Positions 1 through 11,232 of a stretch of 64,000 nt of DNA are shown here, piece after piece. The stretch covers positions 18,648,642-18,712,641 of the forward strand of contig CP154954.1 in NCBI GenBank assembly GCA_039621445.1, written 5' to 3'. The translations under genes were made by a program, and so were the position numbers. Below the pieces are notes generated by a model. That model worked only from the letters and a program-made list of their open reading frames with translations, searched no databases and was not told where the DNA came from. The DNA is from Euglena gracilis (taxonomy: Eukaryota). How positions within the stretch are numbered: position 1 is the stretch's first letter; each line of letters begins with the position of its first letter.

Positions 1-357
1 GTTAATCCGCCTCTAAAGCGGAAGCTGAAGTTGGAGGACATGGGTGCGGCCGACGACTGCACCAGCTCCTGCAGGAATGCGGCGAGGTGGTCGGCGTACC
101 TGAACTGGCACGCAGACCCGGCGCCGGAAGGCGCCACCGTTATCCAAATTCTGTCTGCTGTCCCTTCCGTGTTCCCACCCGCACCCCCATCTTCTATTCC
201 GTTGTGCCCGCGGTGTGGTGTGCGTGCTTTTAGTGACACGGATGTGGCTGCAGCCAAAAGTGTTCGTTGTTCCGTTTGTGGCGAGACGTATCATTTTGTG
301 TGTGCTGAGTTGCGTCGCGCGCCGAAAAAAGCGTGGATTTGTCAGGGTTGTCGTTGA
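1..357 (+). CDS. C-terminal fragment of a PHD-finger protein (5' part outside window); possibly transposon-encoded
   Basis: Frame is open from base 1 to TGA at 355-357. C4HC3 pattern CPRC...CSVC...HFVC...WICQGC. Followed by CACCCGTGAAC-type repeats and a CCAGCTATG terminus like the hAT-like MITEs at 18649 and 19446. Confidence 0.6.
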   Translation, partial: VNPPLKRKLKLEDMGAADDCTSSCRNAARWSAYLNWHADPAPEGATVIQILSAVPSVFPPAPPSSIPLCPRCGVRAFSDTDVAAAKSVRCSVCGETYHFVCAELRRAPKKAWICQGCR

Positions 358-956
358 GTTATCCGTCCTGTTGTTCCTCTGACCATGCCGAAAGGCATCG
401 CGAGCATGTGCCTCGCACCGAAATTTAGTTTGCCGCGTGTCAATTCCCTATGCCACCTCTTGCATTCCTGCCCTTTCCTGCCCATTCACATCCTCTTCCC
501 TACTGCGTAAATGTTTTTCCTTTTTTATGTAAAACTCCGTCCACGGCTGCCGTCTGTGCACCCGTGAACCGACCACGGGTGCGCATATGTGAAAACGGGG
601 TCCGTTCACGGGTGTCGTAGTGCGCACCCGTGAACGCACCCCGTTTCCTCACGTGGGGAAGCCCGTGAACGGTTAACGGTTTTAAAAAAAACAAAAAAAA
701 CACCAGCTATGGTAGGAGGTGAGAAAGCCTATACCTACCACCCCCCCCCAGAATTGACCCCCCCCCATAATTGACACCCCCCCCCCCGACCGAAAATTTT
801 TTCAGCCGCTCGCGTCCACGGACCAAGGGGTTTGTCAGGAGTCCCTTGTATTTTGCCTTGTCCGTTCGGACCCCCCCCCATAATTGACACCCCCCCATAA
901 TTGACACTACCTGGGGGGTTTGGAGGGTGTCGGGGGTGTCAATTATGGGGGGGGGG

Positions 957-1030
957 GTATACCTATACCTATACCTATACCTATACCTATACCTATACCT
1001 GTACCTGTACCTGTACCTGTACCTATACCT
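957..1030. repeat. (TATACC/TGTACC)n hexamer microsatellite
   Basis: Direct reading of tandem hexamers. Confidence 0.9.
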
Positions 1031-1289
1031 TCCAATATCCCTATATCCCTATATCCAGCCCTGGGTGCGCATTTTGGGCTCACACGGGATTTTGTGATTT
1101 TGGGTGTTTGGGCCATCCTTGCCTTGCACACAACGTTATTTTGGCCGGGGTCCGGGGGGTGTTGGGTGGTCGGCCCCCCCAATCGACTTGCGCCCATACC
1201 TTGAGATGAGCCGACACAGCTAGAGGTAAGCTCGTGATCGTCGGAATTTGGCAAAATGCAAATCAGCGAGACATTCAGATTAGTGGTGG

Positions 1290-1474
1290 GAGATTGGTCC
1301 TGGGAGTGTCCTTTGACTGAAGGTTGGGGACGCCGGTTTTGTTGTGAACCTGGCGTCCCAAAAACGCCGCTTTAAGACAGGGGTGGTGGACGCCGGTTCT
1401 GTCGTGAACCCGGCGTCCAGGGACGCCGGGTTTACGACAAAACCGGCGTCCCCCACCCCTTTTCTGATATAGTG
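1290..1474. mobile_element. End of a CACTA/EnSpm-like element with GACGCCGG/CCGGCGTC subterminal repeats
   Basis: Ends ...TTTCTGATATAGTG (reverse complement CACTATATCAGAAA). Related blocks at about 8210-8345, 14060-14300, 15820-15920, 28800-28940 and 29545-29735; the 14060 and 29545 blocks end TTTTTGTAGTA. Confidence 0.55.
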
Positions 1475-1481
1475 TGCCCCG

Positions 1482-1912
1482 GAGGCTAGGCGCGCCGCTC
1501 GGGGGGTCCGGGACCCCCCCCCCCCGCGCGGCCCCTGCGCGGCCGCCCGCGCGGCCGCTCGCCCCCCCCCCTGGACCCCCCCTCCCCCCACTGTGCCTAG
1601 CATAGTCAAGGGAAAAAATTTTGGTGAAAAATCGCGATTTTTTGAGGCCCAAAAATGACCAAAAATGACCATTTTCGGACACAAAATGGTAAATTTGGGG
1701 GCCGCGCGCTCTGCGCGCGGCCAAAAAAGCACTTTTTTGGTCAAAAATGGCCCAAAAATGGCAAAAAATGACCACCTTTTGGACCCGAAAATCACCGATT
1801 TTAGGATGTGTTCCGCCCGCGCGGCCGCCCTCGGCCCCCCCCCCCCCCCCCCCCCGCGCGGCCGCCCACGGCCGCTCGCTTCCCCCCTAGCCCCCCCATT
1901 GTGCCTAGCCTC
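1482..1912. mobile_element. MITE with GAGGCTAGG...CCTAGCCTC terminal inverted repeats
   Basis: TIRs visible. Further copies at 15264-15573 and a split copy at about 8630-8848 plus 13928-14056. Confidence 0.75.
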
Positions 1913-2399
1913 CTTCGCCATCTCGAGAGGACCACAATGTAATTTGTTGAATTTTTTTGCAGTGCCTCCCATGAGAGCTCCGAGCAGAGATGTTGCTATT
2001 TTTGCGGACGAAATTTTGCATGCTCGCAACACGTCATTCACTTACATGCCGACAAGCAACAACAGAGCAGGGTGAGCATCGCATGCCATTGTGGAAACTG
2101 CTGAAGTACTGAAGTAAGTAAGTAACGTGCACGACCTGGGGAGGTCCTCAATGTGTTTATTCCACGCTTTTGCAGAGTCAAACGGTCGTCATCGGGGTGG
2201 TGACAAGGCACTCCAAAAGCCTTCAACCCCAACTAGGCAATGAAGGCTGTCACAAGAATTTGATGCCGGGAGTATCTGGCAGTGTTCCAAGTGGTGGAAT
2301 GGGGGGGGGCAGAAAAAAATGGAAGTTTGTTGTTGAAGTTGCGCTGCCTCCGGCGTTTTTCACCCAGCCATTTAGGGTACGGCAGGGCGCTCCGGGTGG

Positions 2400-3355
2400 T
2401 TGAAACCGTGTCTGGGGGCTCCGGTTTCATGCCCGAACCGGCGTCTGGGACGCCGGTTCGGGCGGGAAATTTCTGTGCCGAACCGGCGTCCTGGACGCCG
2501 GTTCGGGCGTGAAAACGGCGTCTGGGGGACCCAAAATAAAAAGTGCCAAAAAGTGTCCCAAAGGGTTTGTAGACAGGTGGCATTCATATTTTAGCAGTTT
2601 TTGGGTGGTCTTGGGCCAAAAAATGGGATTTTTTGAGCAACAATTTCCTTTCGGCCAATTTTGGAGATTTTCTGAAATATAATACCACGCAGCATGGCAG
2701 AAATCTAAGGCCATCTGCTGAAAACCCTTGAGAAGAGCTTTCGATCGATGGGCAACATGGCAGCTGAAAAGTGGAATTTTAGATATGCAAATGGGGTCCG
2801 AAAAATGCGGAAAAATGCGATCGCTGATTTTGAGGGCGCTTTGCAATCTGGCTGAGTTCCGTGGGCACCAAGCGAAAGGTGTTGGCGAGACCTTTCGTTT
2901 GATATGCAATATGCAACCTGAGCTGTGGGATTTGACAAATTAGGATGTCAAATTTTGGAAGACACGATCGCTGAAAATTAGCGCTGCATGCATTATGGCC
3001 GAATCCTGTGGCCATCTGTCGAAAGCCCTTTGAAAGAGCTTTCGATTAATGGGTAACATGCCTTCATAAGTATGAAATCTGCCATTTTTGACCGGCGGCC
3101 CATTTGGGCCAAAATTCCCCAAAACTGCCCCAAACATGGGTATTTTGGGCGAAATTGGCCGTGATTCCCTAGCCGCCGGTTCGGGCGTGAAACCAGAGCC
3201 CCCTAGCCACGGTTTCAAAAACTGTGTCCCAGACGCCGGTTCGGGCGGGAAACCTGTGCCTGGGACGCCAATCCCAACCGAACCGAACCCGAACCGGCGT
3301 CGTAGGCACAGGTTTCCCGCCCGAACCGGTGTCTGGGACACAGTTCTCGATATAA
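2400..3355 (+). repeat. About 950-bp dispersed repeat, copy 1 (transposon end with GAACCGGCGTC repeats)
   Basis: Near-identical to 5225-6175. Both copies end GTTCTCGATATA, resembling a decayed CACTA terminus. Confidence 0.85.
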
Positions 3356-3737
3356 TATATTCTGCCGCTTTTTACACTACGGGGGTGGTTTGGGACGAGG
3401 GGGAACACCCCCCTACGACTGAAGCGCCGGTGGGATAAAAATGTGCGACCCTGGCCCTTGTCACGACCTTCCCATGCACACACACACCACAAGTTTTTCA
3501 AGCCCCCTGTAACCACAAATTGTGTTCTAAACGTTGGAGAAGAATTATTTGCAGGAGCGGCCAAAGAGCAATTCTGGAAAGCAGAATAGCAAGTGCAGGG
3601 ATTCCCACGTCCGTTCCCGCAGGAATGTGGAAATAGTGTTTGCCGGGGCGTCAGCAAGTTCTCGGCAACAGGCGGTTGGAATGCAGCGCAGAGTGGGACA
3701 AGTTGGTGGACATGACCAGCTTTTTATCTTGCGTGCA

Positions 3738-4220
3738 TAGGGCTGTTTCGATTAATCGATTAATCGATTAATCGTTCGTCATCGCCGATTAATCGAATCG
3801 TTCGGCCCATGGCGATTAATCGTTCATTGTGGATCTAAACCACAATAGGCACAATATTTGTTGAAATCAACAAAAATTTGTGGGGTAGTCAGTCAGATAG
3901 CACACTACTTGCCGGTACACCATGAAAACTGTTGTTAAAAGTGGCCAACGAGTCAGCGAACGTGCCCATGAAACATCGCGCGATTCTGATTAGATACAGC
4001 AGTTCCTAATAAGCTTCACTCTGCCATGTCAACAGAGAATGAAACAAAATTTCGTCAGCGGGCACACAAAGAAATGGTCTATGTTCGATATTGGAATTTC
4101 TCAGGCAGATTTCATTATCAAAAATCGGAAGGGACCAATTAATCTTTAATTGTCCGAGACACCCCGATTAATCGTGATTAATCGTTCGCCAGCCCGAAAC
4201 GATTAATTGGCACAACCCTA
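3738..4220. mobile_element. hAT-like non-autonomous element with CGATTAAT subterminal repeats
   Basis: TAGGG...CCCTA termini. GCGTGCA is duplicated at 3731-3737 and 4221-4227. Confidence 0.8.
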
Positions 4221-4472
4221 GCGTGCACCTTCCTCTGACCGGCTGATGCCACTGTTGCACTGGTGAAGCGATATGACAGACATGTTGCTCTACGGCGAAG
4301 AAAATGTGGTTTGTTTTTGCGTGTTGGCGCAAGGTGTTGCACAAGAGACCCTTGAAGCAACAGCCTCTGTCCGTATGGAAGTTGGTCAACAGAACACTTG
4401 CCGCAGAAGCAATGACAGAGAGCTCAGAAACTTGGAATTTCTGGCTATTTTTTGTCTCCATCAGTATTGGCA

Positions 4473-4698
4473 ATGGAGGCTGCAGCATCCTCCATCACAG
4501 AGGACGAGGTGGTTGTGGTGGAACGTGGGCAGGAAGAAGGAGCGGAACCTGTTGTGGAGATCACCAGCTTGGGATGTTCGAAGTGCCAACGTACCGGCTT
4601 TTTCACAGCCACGTCAGTGCTTCACCTCATCATGGCCACGCAGGGACGGCTGGCCGACGGCGTGACGGAAGCCGGGTCATTTGTTCATCTGAATGAGG
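4473..4698 (+). CDS. Possible first exon of an unidentified gene
   Basis: Pyrimidine tract plus CAG (4462-4464) just before ATG 4473. Open, protein-like reading (MEAAASSITEDEVVVVERGQEE...CSKC...) up to a candidate GT at 4699. No downstream exons found. Confidence 0.3.
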
Positions 4699-4699
4699 G

Positions 4700-5160
4700 T
4701 AGCAAATGCCTAATTTGGTGTGCCAATTTGGAAATTTGAGAGGCAAATTCCTAATTTAGTGTGCCAATTCCTAATTTTGAGGACCAAATTCCTAATTTTA
4801 TGTAAAAATTCCTAATTTTGAGTGGCAAATGCCTCATTTCCGGTGTAAAAACACTGACATTTGAGTGGTAATCCCTATTTTGGTGTGCCAATGCTTGATT
4901 TTGAGTGGCAAATTCCTAATTGATAAAAAGGTTCCTAATTTTTAGTGGCAAATGCCTAATTTGCAGGGGACAATGTCCAAATTTGGGTTGGCAAATGCCT
5001 GTTTTTAGGTGAAAAATCCATTTTTCGGGTGGAAAATGCACAATTTTGGGTGGCATGAGTGGAAATGCATATCTTGGGGTGAAAATTGCTCAGTTTCAGC
5101 GGCTAATGCCTAAAGCAACATGCTTCATGTTGAGTTCAGGTGCCAAATCTTAATTTCGGA
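4700..5160. repeat. Degenerate ~20-bp minisatellite (AAATTCCTAATTTTGAGTGGC-like)
   Basis: Periodic CCTAATTT motifs. The inverse motif occurs at about 14890-15025. Confidence 0.7.
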
Positions 5161-5224
5161 TGTTCATTTTGAATTAATTTTCAAATTCTACAAGAAGGGC
5201 TTCCTTGGGCAATTTTTTGTCACT

Positions 5225-6175
5225 TGAAACCGTGCATGGGGGCTCTGGTTTCATGCCCGAACCGGCGTCTGGGACGCCGGTTCGGGCGGGAAATTTTCTG
5301 CCCGAACCGGCGTCCTGGACGCCGGTTCGGGCATGAAACCGGCGTCTGGGGGACCCAAAATAAAAAGTGCCAAAAAGTGTCCAAAAGGGTTTGTAGACAG
5401 GTGGCAATCATATTTGAGCAGTTTTTGGGTGGTCTTGGGCCAAAAATTGGGGGTTTTTGAGGAAAAGTTTACTTTTAGCCAATTTTGGAGAATTTCTGAA
5501 GTAGAATACCACGCAGCATGGCAGAAATCTAAGGCCATCTGCTGAAAGCCCTTGAGAAGAGCTTTCGATCGATGGGCAACATGGCAGCTGAAAAGTGCAA
5601 TTTCAGATATGCAAATGGGGTCCGAAAAATGCGGAAAAAATGCGATCGCTGATTTTGAGAGCGCTTTCCAAACTGGCTGAGTTCTGTGGGTACCAAGCGA
5701 AAGGTGTTGGCGAGACCTTTCGTTTGATATGCAATATGCAACCTGAGCTGTGGGATTTGACAAATTAGGATGTCAAATTTTGGAAGACACGATCGCTGAA
5801 AATTAGCGCTGCATGCATTATGGCCGAATCCTGTGGCCATCTGTCGAAAGCCCTTTAAAAGAGCTTTCGATTAATGGGTAACATGCCTTCATAAGTGTGG
5901 AATCTGCCATTTTTGACCGGCGGCCCATTTGGGCCAAAGTCGCCCAAAACAGCCCCAAACATGGGTGTTTTGGGCGAAATTGGCCGTGATTCCCTAGCCG
6001 CCGGTTCGGGCGTGAAACCAGAGCCCCCAATACACGGTTTCAAAAGCTGTGTCCCAAACGCCGGTTCGGGCGGGAAACCTGTGCCTGGGACGCCGGTTCG
6101 GGCTACCGCCCGAACCGGCGTCCCATGCACAGGTTTCCCGCCCGAACCGGCGTTTGGGACACAGTTCTCGATATA
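5225..6175 (+). repeat. About 950-bp dispersed repeat, copy 2
   Basis: Near-identical to 2400-3355. Confidence 0.85.
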
Positions 6176-9100
6176 GAAACCATTTCACACAAAATTTGAG
6201 CCAAAATTTCACACAAAATTCGTCCATTATCAAGTAAATTTTGTCAGTTCGTTGAAAATGGGACACCAGTTGAGCAATTTTTAGTTATTTGAATAATTTG
6301 AAGACAAAAATCCTTTACAATGACTATAGAATGACCCAAAAACAGGCCGAAAAGGTCAGAATATGTCAAAAAAGTGCAAAATTAGCAAACCTGACAAAAG
6401 TTAGCGAAAAATGACTTAAAATGGGCAAAAATGCAGCCTCTACTAGTGATGAACATGACCTTGAAGGGAGATTGATGACGAAATTGCTTCTTCATTGCAA
6501 GGCTCGGGACATTTTCCTGTGAGTCACACGGCTGGCCGACGGCTGGCCGACGGCAGGCCGACGGCTGGCCGACGGCGTGCTCCCCCTAAGTGAGGATTTT
6601 TCCCCCACCATTCTGGCCAAACGGTTTCGCAAACTGCCCACCAATCTTGTTTTTTCCAGCGGGTTGTTGCACTCGAGTGTTTAAAAAAAAAAGTCAAAAA
6701 AATCCCACACCAGTCAAATGAATTCCTGGTTCCCTTGGGGGTCGGCACGCCATGGCGAGCAGTCCGGCTAGGGGGAGGGGAGGGGGGGTTTTTGGCGTGG
6801 CGAGGGGGTCCCGGATGGGGGGGAGGTGCTCGAGGGTTTTCCAAGAAAATTTTCTTTGGCGCGGCTGACATGGCGTGGCGAGGGGGTCTGAAAAGGGGGG
6901 AGGGGGGTAAAATGGCGTGGCGAGGGGGGGGGTCGGGGGGGGGGGGGGAGGGGGTGTGCCAATTCCCCCCTGGTTCCCCATGGAAGCATTGGCCTGGTCA
7001 CATTGCAGGCCATGGGGAAGGATGCTGCTATGTGCCAAGGAAACGCCCGACAAACAGGCTCCGTCACTGGGTTGGCTGGTTGGGGGTGGGCGCACCCAGC
7101 CAATGATGCTGAAAATATCTCAGTGCTCTATTCCTGCTGACAGAGGGGAATGGAATGGCCCTTGTCATGAGCCCAAGCCTGAACGCCGAGGAACCTGTGG
7201 GTGTGCTGTACGTCGAGAGACGCAATTGCCCCTGTGTATGGGCTGCTCCTAAGGATGGATGGAATTGGGGGAGGGGGGATTGAACTTTTTTTGTTGTTTT
7301 TTGGACGATTTTTGGATTTTCATTATGGGACCCACCCCTTCATTGACCCCCCCAACATCAATAGGGCCCACTCCATGGAGCTCTTTTGACTGATTGAGGG
7401 TTTTGTGCCCGAAACGGGGCGCCGGGGGAAGGGGGGGTAGGGTTGACGTTTTTTTGTTTTTTCTAAAAAAAAACATGAAAAAAAAATGCAAAAAACACGT
7501 TTTTTTGAAAAAGCAAAAATTGACCCTTTTCCTTGCGAAATCGCCATTTTTTGAGGAAAATTTTTCGGGTGTGGTTCGGGTCACCGGTGGGGGGGGGGGG
7601 GTGGGGTCACAGGCATGGGTGTGGTGCCAAAGGCTTTTTTAAGAATAAAAGACCATTCCGACAATTCGACGCCGTCTGAAACGTCTTTTTCCGTCTTTTT
7701 CTTCGGGGGAAAAAAAACACGACAGTTTTAAACATTCGCGGCAATCGCGGACGGAAGGACTTCCTAATTGGGAGCAAAACTGTGCTCTCCCCTTGAAATT
7801 CGTTGTTTTTCTTTGTCTGGAACTCAGAATCGAACTATTTGAAGGATAAGGAATATATTGATGCAGGGTTTATTGAACGTCGAAGCAGGTTTGCCCCCCC
7901 CCCCGAAGGTGACTTTTGAAGAATTGTTCTCCTGGTCTTTTTTGGTGCATCTAGACCACTTTCAAAAATTTGCCATTTTTTCCAAAATACGCCCCCCTGG
8001 GTGTCAATTTTGAGTGCCACCCTCTTGTCTCTTGTGTGGCAGGTATTCTATTGTGCGTTCTGTTTTTCTATCATTTTCTGGCAGTCCATATGGTTTTCTG
8101 GTGGAGTTTTACATGAAGGAACTTTTGCTTCCATTTCACACAGAACACTTGCTGCAACTCTGTCTTTGACCCATGTTTTGGGAGTGTTTTCACCTGGCAT
8201 TGTTTAATTTTAAGCCGGCGTTTGAGACGCCGGGCTCAGGACAGAACCGGCGTCCCCCCCCACGGGCTTCCGGACGCCGGTTCTGTCCTAAAGCCCGGCG
8301 TTAGGAACGCCGGCTTTGTCCAAAGCCCGGCGTCCGATTTTCATTGGCTGTGTCAATCGTCCAGGTATAAAATCACCCCTCGATCGAAAGCCCTTTTCAT
8401 CAGACAACTGGCGATCACCACCAAATTCAGCCACGTCACCTGGAGCTCTTATTTTCTGTCACTGGGTAATCCTAATTTCACAAGTCTGGTGCCCCCTGAG
8501 ACCCTCAGGTCGTTGATTCGAAGAGGAAAAACGTTTCTGTAGGGTTTATTCAGCATCTTAAACCAAAAGTCACTGAAGATTGCTACAAGTTTCGACTCAG
8601 ATTCTGGCCGATCCGACCATCGCGAGCCCACTGTGCCTAGCATAGCCAAGGGAAAAAATTTTGGTGAAAAAAATCGCGATTTTTGAGGCCCAAAAATGAC
8701 CAAAAATGACCATTTTCGGACACAAAATGGTAAATTTGGGGGCCGCGCGCTCTGCGCGCGGCCAAAAAAAGCACTTTTTTGGTCAAAAATGGCCCAAAAA
8801 TGGCAAAAAATGACCACTTTTTGGATCCGAAAATCACCGGTTTTAGGAGGCTCCCGGATCTGGCCTGGGGGGGGGGTTGTGGGCAGACCCTAGGGTCTGC
8901 CCACGGTCGCCAAAGGTCGCCAAAGGTCGCTATGGTCGACCCCCCCCGAGGCTGTGGAGTGGGCGGCGACCCTAGAAACTCCTTGTGGGCAGACCCTAGG
9001 GTCGACTTAGGGTCGGCCCACCCCACGACCTCCCCCCCCCCCTACAACCGTAGGGTCGACTTAGGGTCGGCCCCCCCCACGACCTCCCCCCCCCCTGCCA

Positions 9101-9519
9101 GCTCAGGGTCGACTTAGGGTCGGCCCACCCCACGCCCTCCCCCCCCCTCCCAAGAAAAAAAAACGAAAATTTTGGGAGGATTCACTACGGACGCTAGGAA
9201 ATTCGCTTGGTCTGAGTTGGATACACCACCCAACAACAATGTAAAGCAAGTTCGGAAAGACCAGGTAACCACCGCAGATGGCCGGTTTCAGTGAAAGACA
9301 ACGTGTGACACATGGTGGCACTCAACGCCGACCACGACGTGCGGCGAACAGGAAGGGGTGTGTCACAGTGTGTCGTTGGGAGAAAGGAAGCAGCGACACA
9401 GAGGACCAACAAATAGGGTCAGACCATGGATCATCCGATGCAGTCTCCGCAATCCATCACACTATGCTGATGGTGCCATCCTTGGGCGCTAAAACGTTTC
9501 GCAAAATAACAAAATAAAC

Positions 9520-11232
9520 GGGCCCCAAAATAACGAAATCCCCGGTGCTGCCCAGGCGTTTTGCCGGGCAAACGCCTTTGCTGCCCAACTGTTTCAGCTC
9601 CCCAAAATAACAAAATCCCCTGTGCTGCCGAACCGTTTTCACAGCCAAACCCCTTAGCTGCCGAACCGTTTCAGGGCCCCAAAATAACAGAATCCCCTGT
9701 GCTGCCCAACCATTTTGGATGGCAAATCCCTTGCACTGCTGTCCCAGGCCTTGTGGCCCACAGAGATGGTGGTCGGCAAGATGTCCTGGGCCGTCGTACT
9801 TGTTGAGTGGGCAGGGAACGAAGAGCTGGACGATGACGCCTGCTGGGGCGGGAGCAACGAGGACGGATGACCGGGGCACTGAATTTTGTCTGCCACCGTT
9901 TTTGCAGCCGAAATAACAAAATCCCTTGTGCTGCCCAACCGTTTTGCATGGCAAACCCCCTAGCTGCCGAACTGTTTCCGGGCCCCAAAATAACAAAATC
10001 CCCTGTGCTGCCCAACCGTTTTGCCAGGCAAACCCCCTAGCTGCCCAACTGTTTCCGGGCCCCAAAATAACAAAATCCCCTGTGCTGCCCAACCGTTTTG
10101 CCAGGCAAACCCCCTAGCTGCCGAACTGTTTCCGGGCCCCAAAATAACAAAATCCCCTGTGCTGCCCAACTCAAACACAGGGCCCGTCTGTTTGACAGCG
10201 AAGCTGTGGATGGCGTGGAGCCCGCAGCCCGCGACACCAGCGACGACGAACGCGGTTGACTGGGGCCCTGAATTGTTCCAGAATGATTCAGAATCCCTTG
10301 TGCTGCCCAACCGTTTTGCATGGCAAACCCCTCTGCTGCCGAACTGTTTCAGGGCCCAGAATAACAAAATCCCTTGTGCTGCCCAGCGGTTTTGCCAGGC
10401 AAACCCCTTAGCTGCCGAACTGTTTCAGGGCCCCAGAATAACAAAATCCCTTGAGCTGCCCAGCCGTTTTGCCAGGCAAACCCCCCAGCTGCCGAACTGT
10501 TTCAGGGCCCCAAAATAACAAAAACCCTTGTGCTGCCCAACCGTTTTGCATGGCAAACCCCTTTGCTGCCGAACTGTGTCAGGGCCCCAAAATAACAAAA
10601 TCCCCTGTGCTGCCCAACCGTTTTGCATGGCAAACCCCTTTGCAGCCCAACTCAAACACAGGGCCCGTCTGTTTGACAGCGAAGCTGTGGATGGCGTGGA
10701 GCCCGAAGCTGGCGACACCGGCAATGTCGAAGGCGGATGACTGGGGCCCTGAATTGTTCCAGAATGATTCAGAATCCCTTGTGCTGCCCAACCGTTTTGC
10801 ATGGCAAACCCCTTTGCTGCCGAACTGTTTCAGGGCCCCAAAATAACAAAATCCCTTGTGCTGCCCAACCGCTTTGCATGGCAAACCCCTTTGCTGCCGA
10901 ACTGTTTCAGGGCCCCAAAATAACAAAATCCCTTGTGCTGCCCAACCGTTTTGCCAGGCAAACCCCTTAGCTGCCGAACTGTTTCAGGGCCCCAAAATAA
11001 CAAAATCCCTTGTGCTGCCCAACCGTTTTGCATGGCAAACCCCCTAGCTGCCGAACTGTTTCAGGGCCCCAAAATAACAAAATCCCTTGTGCTGCCCAAC
11101 CGTTTTGCCAGGCAAACCCCTTAGCTGCCGAACTGTTTCAGGGCCCCAAAATAACAAAATCCCTTGTGCTGCCCAGCCGTTTTGCCAAGCAAACCCCCTA
11201 GCTGCCGAACTGTTTCAGGGCCCCAGAATAAC
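9520..11232. repeat. 77-bp tandem satellite with higher-order inserts
   Basis: Unit GCCCCAAAATAACAAAATCCCTTGTGCTGCCCAACCGTTTTGC...GAACTGTTTCAGG. Interrupted by a unique insert (~9735-9910) and two copies of a ~120-bp insert (~10170-10290, ~10650-10770). Confidence 0.95.

Noticed and set aside
9520-11232. CRISPR-like array
   Set aside because: Monomers are contiguous 77-bp units without unique spacers, there are no cas genes, and the context is eukaryotic.
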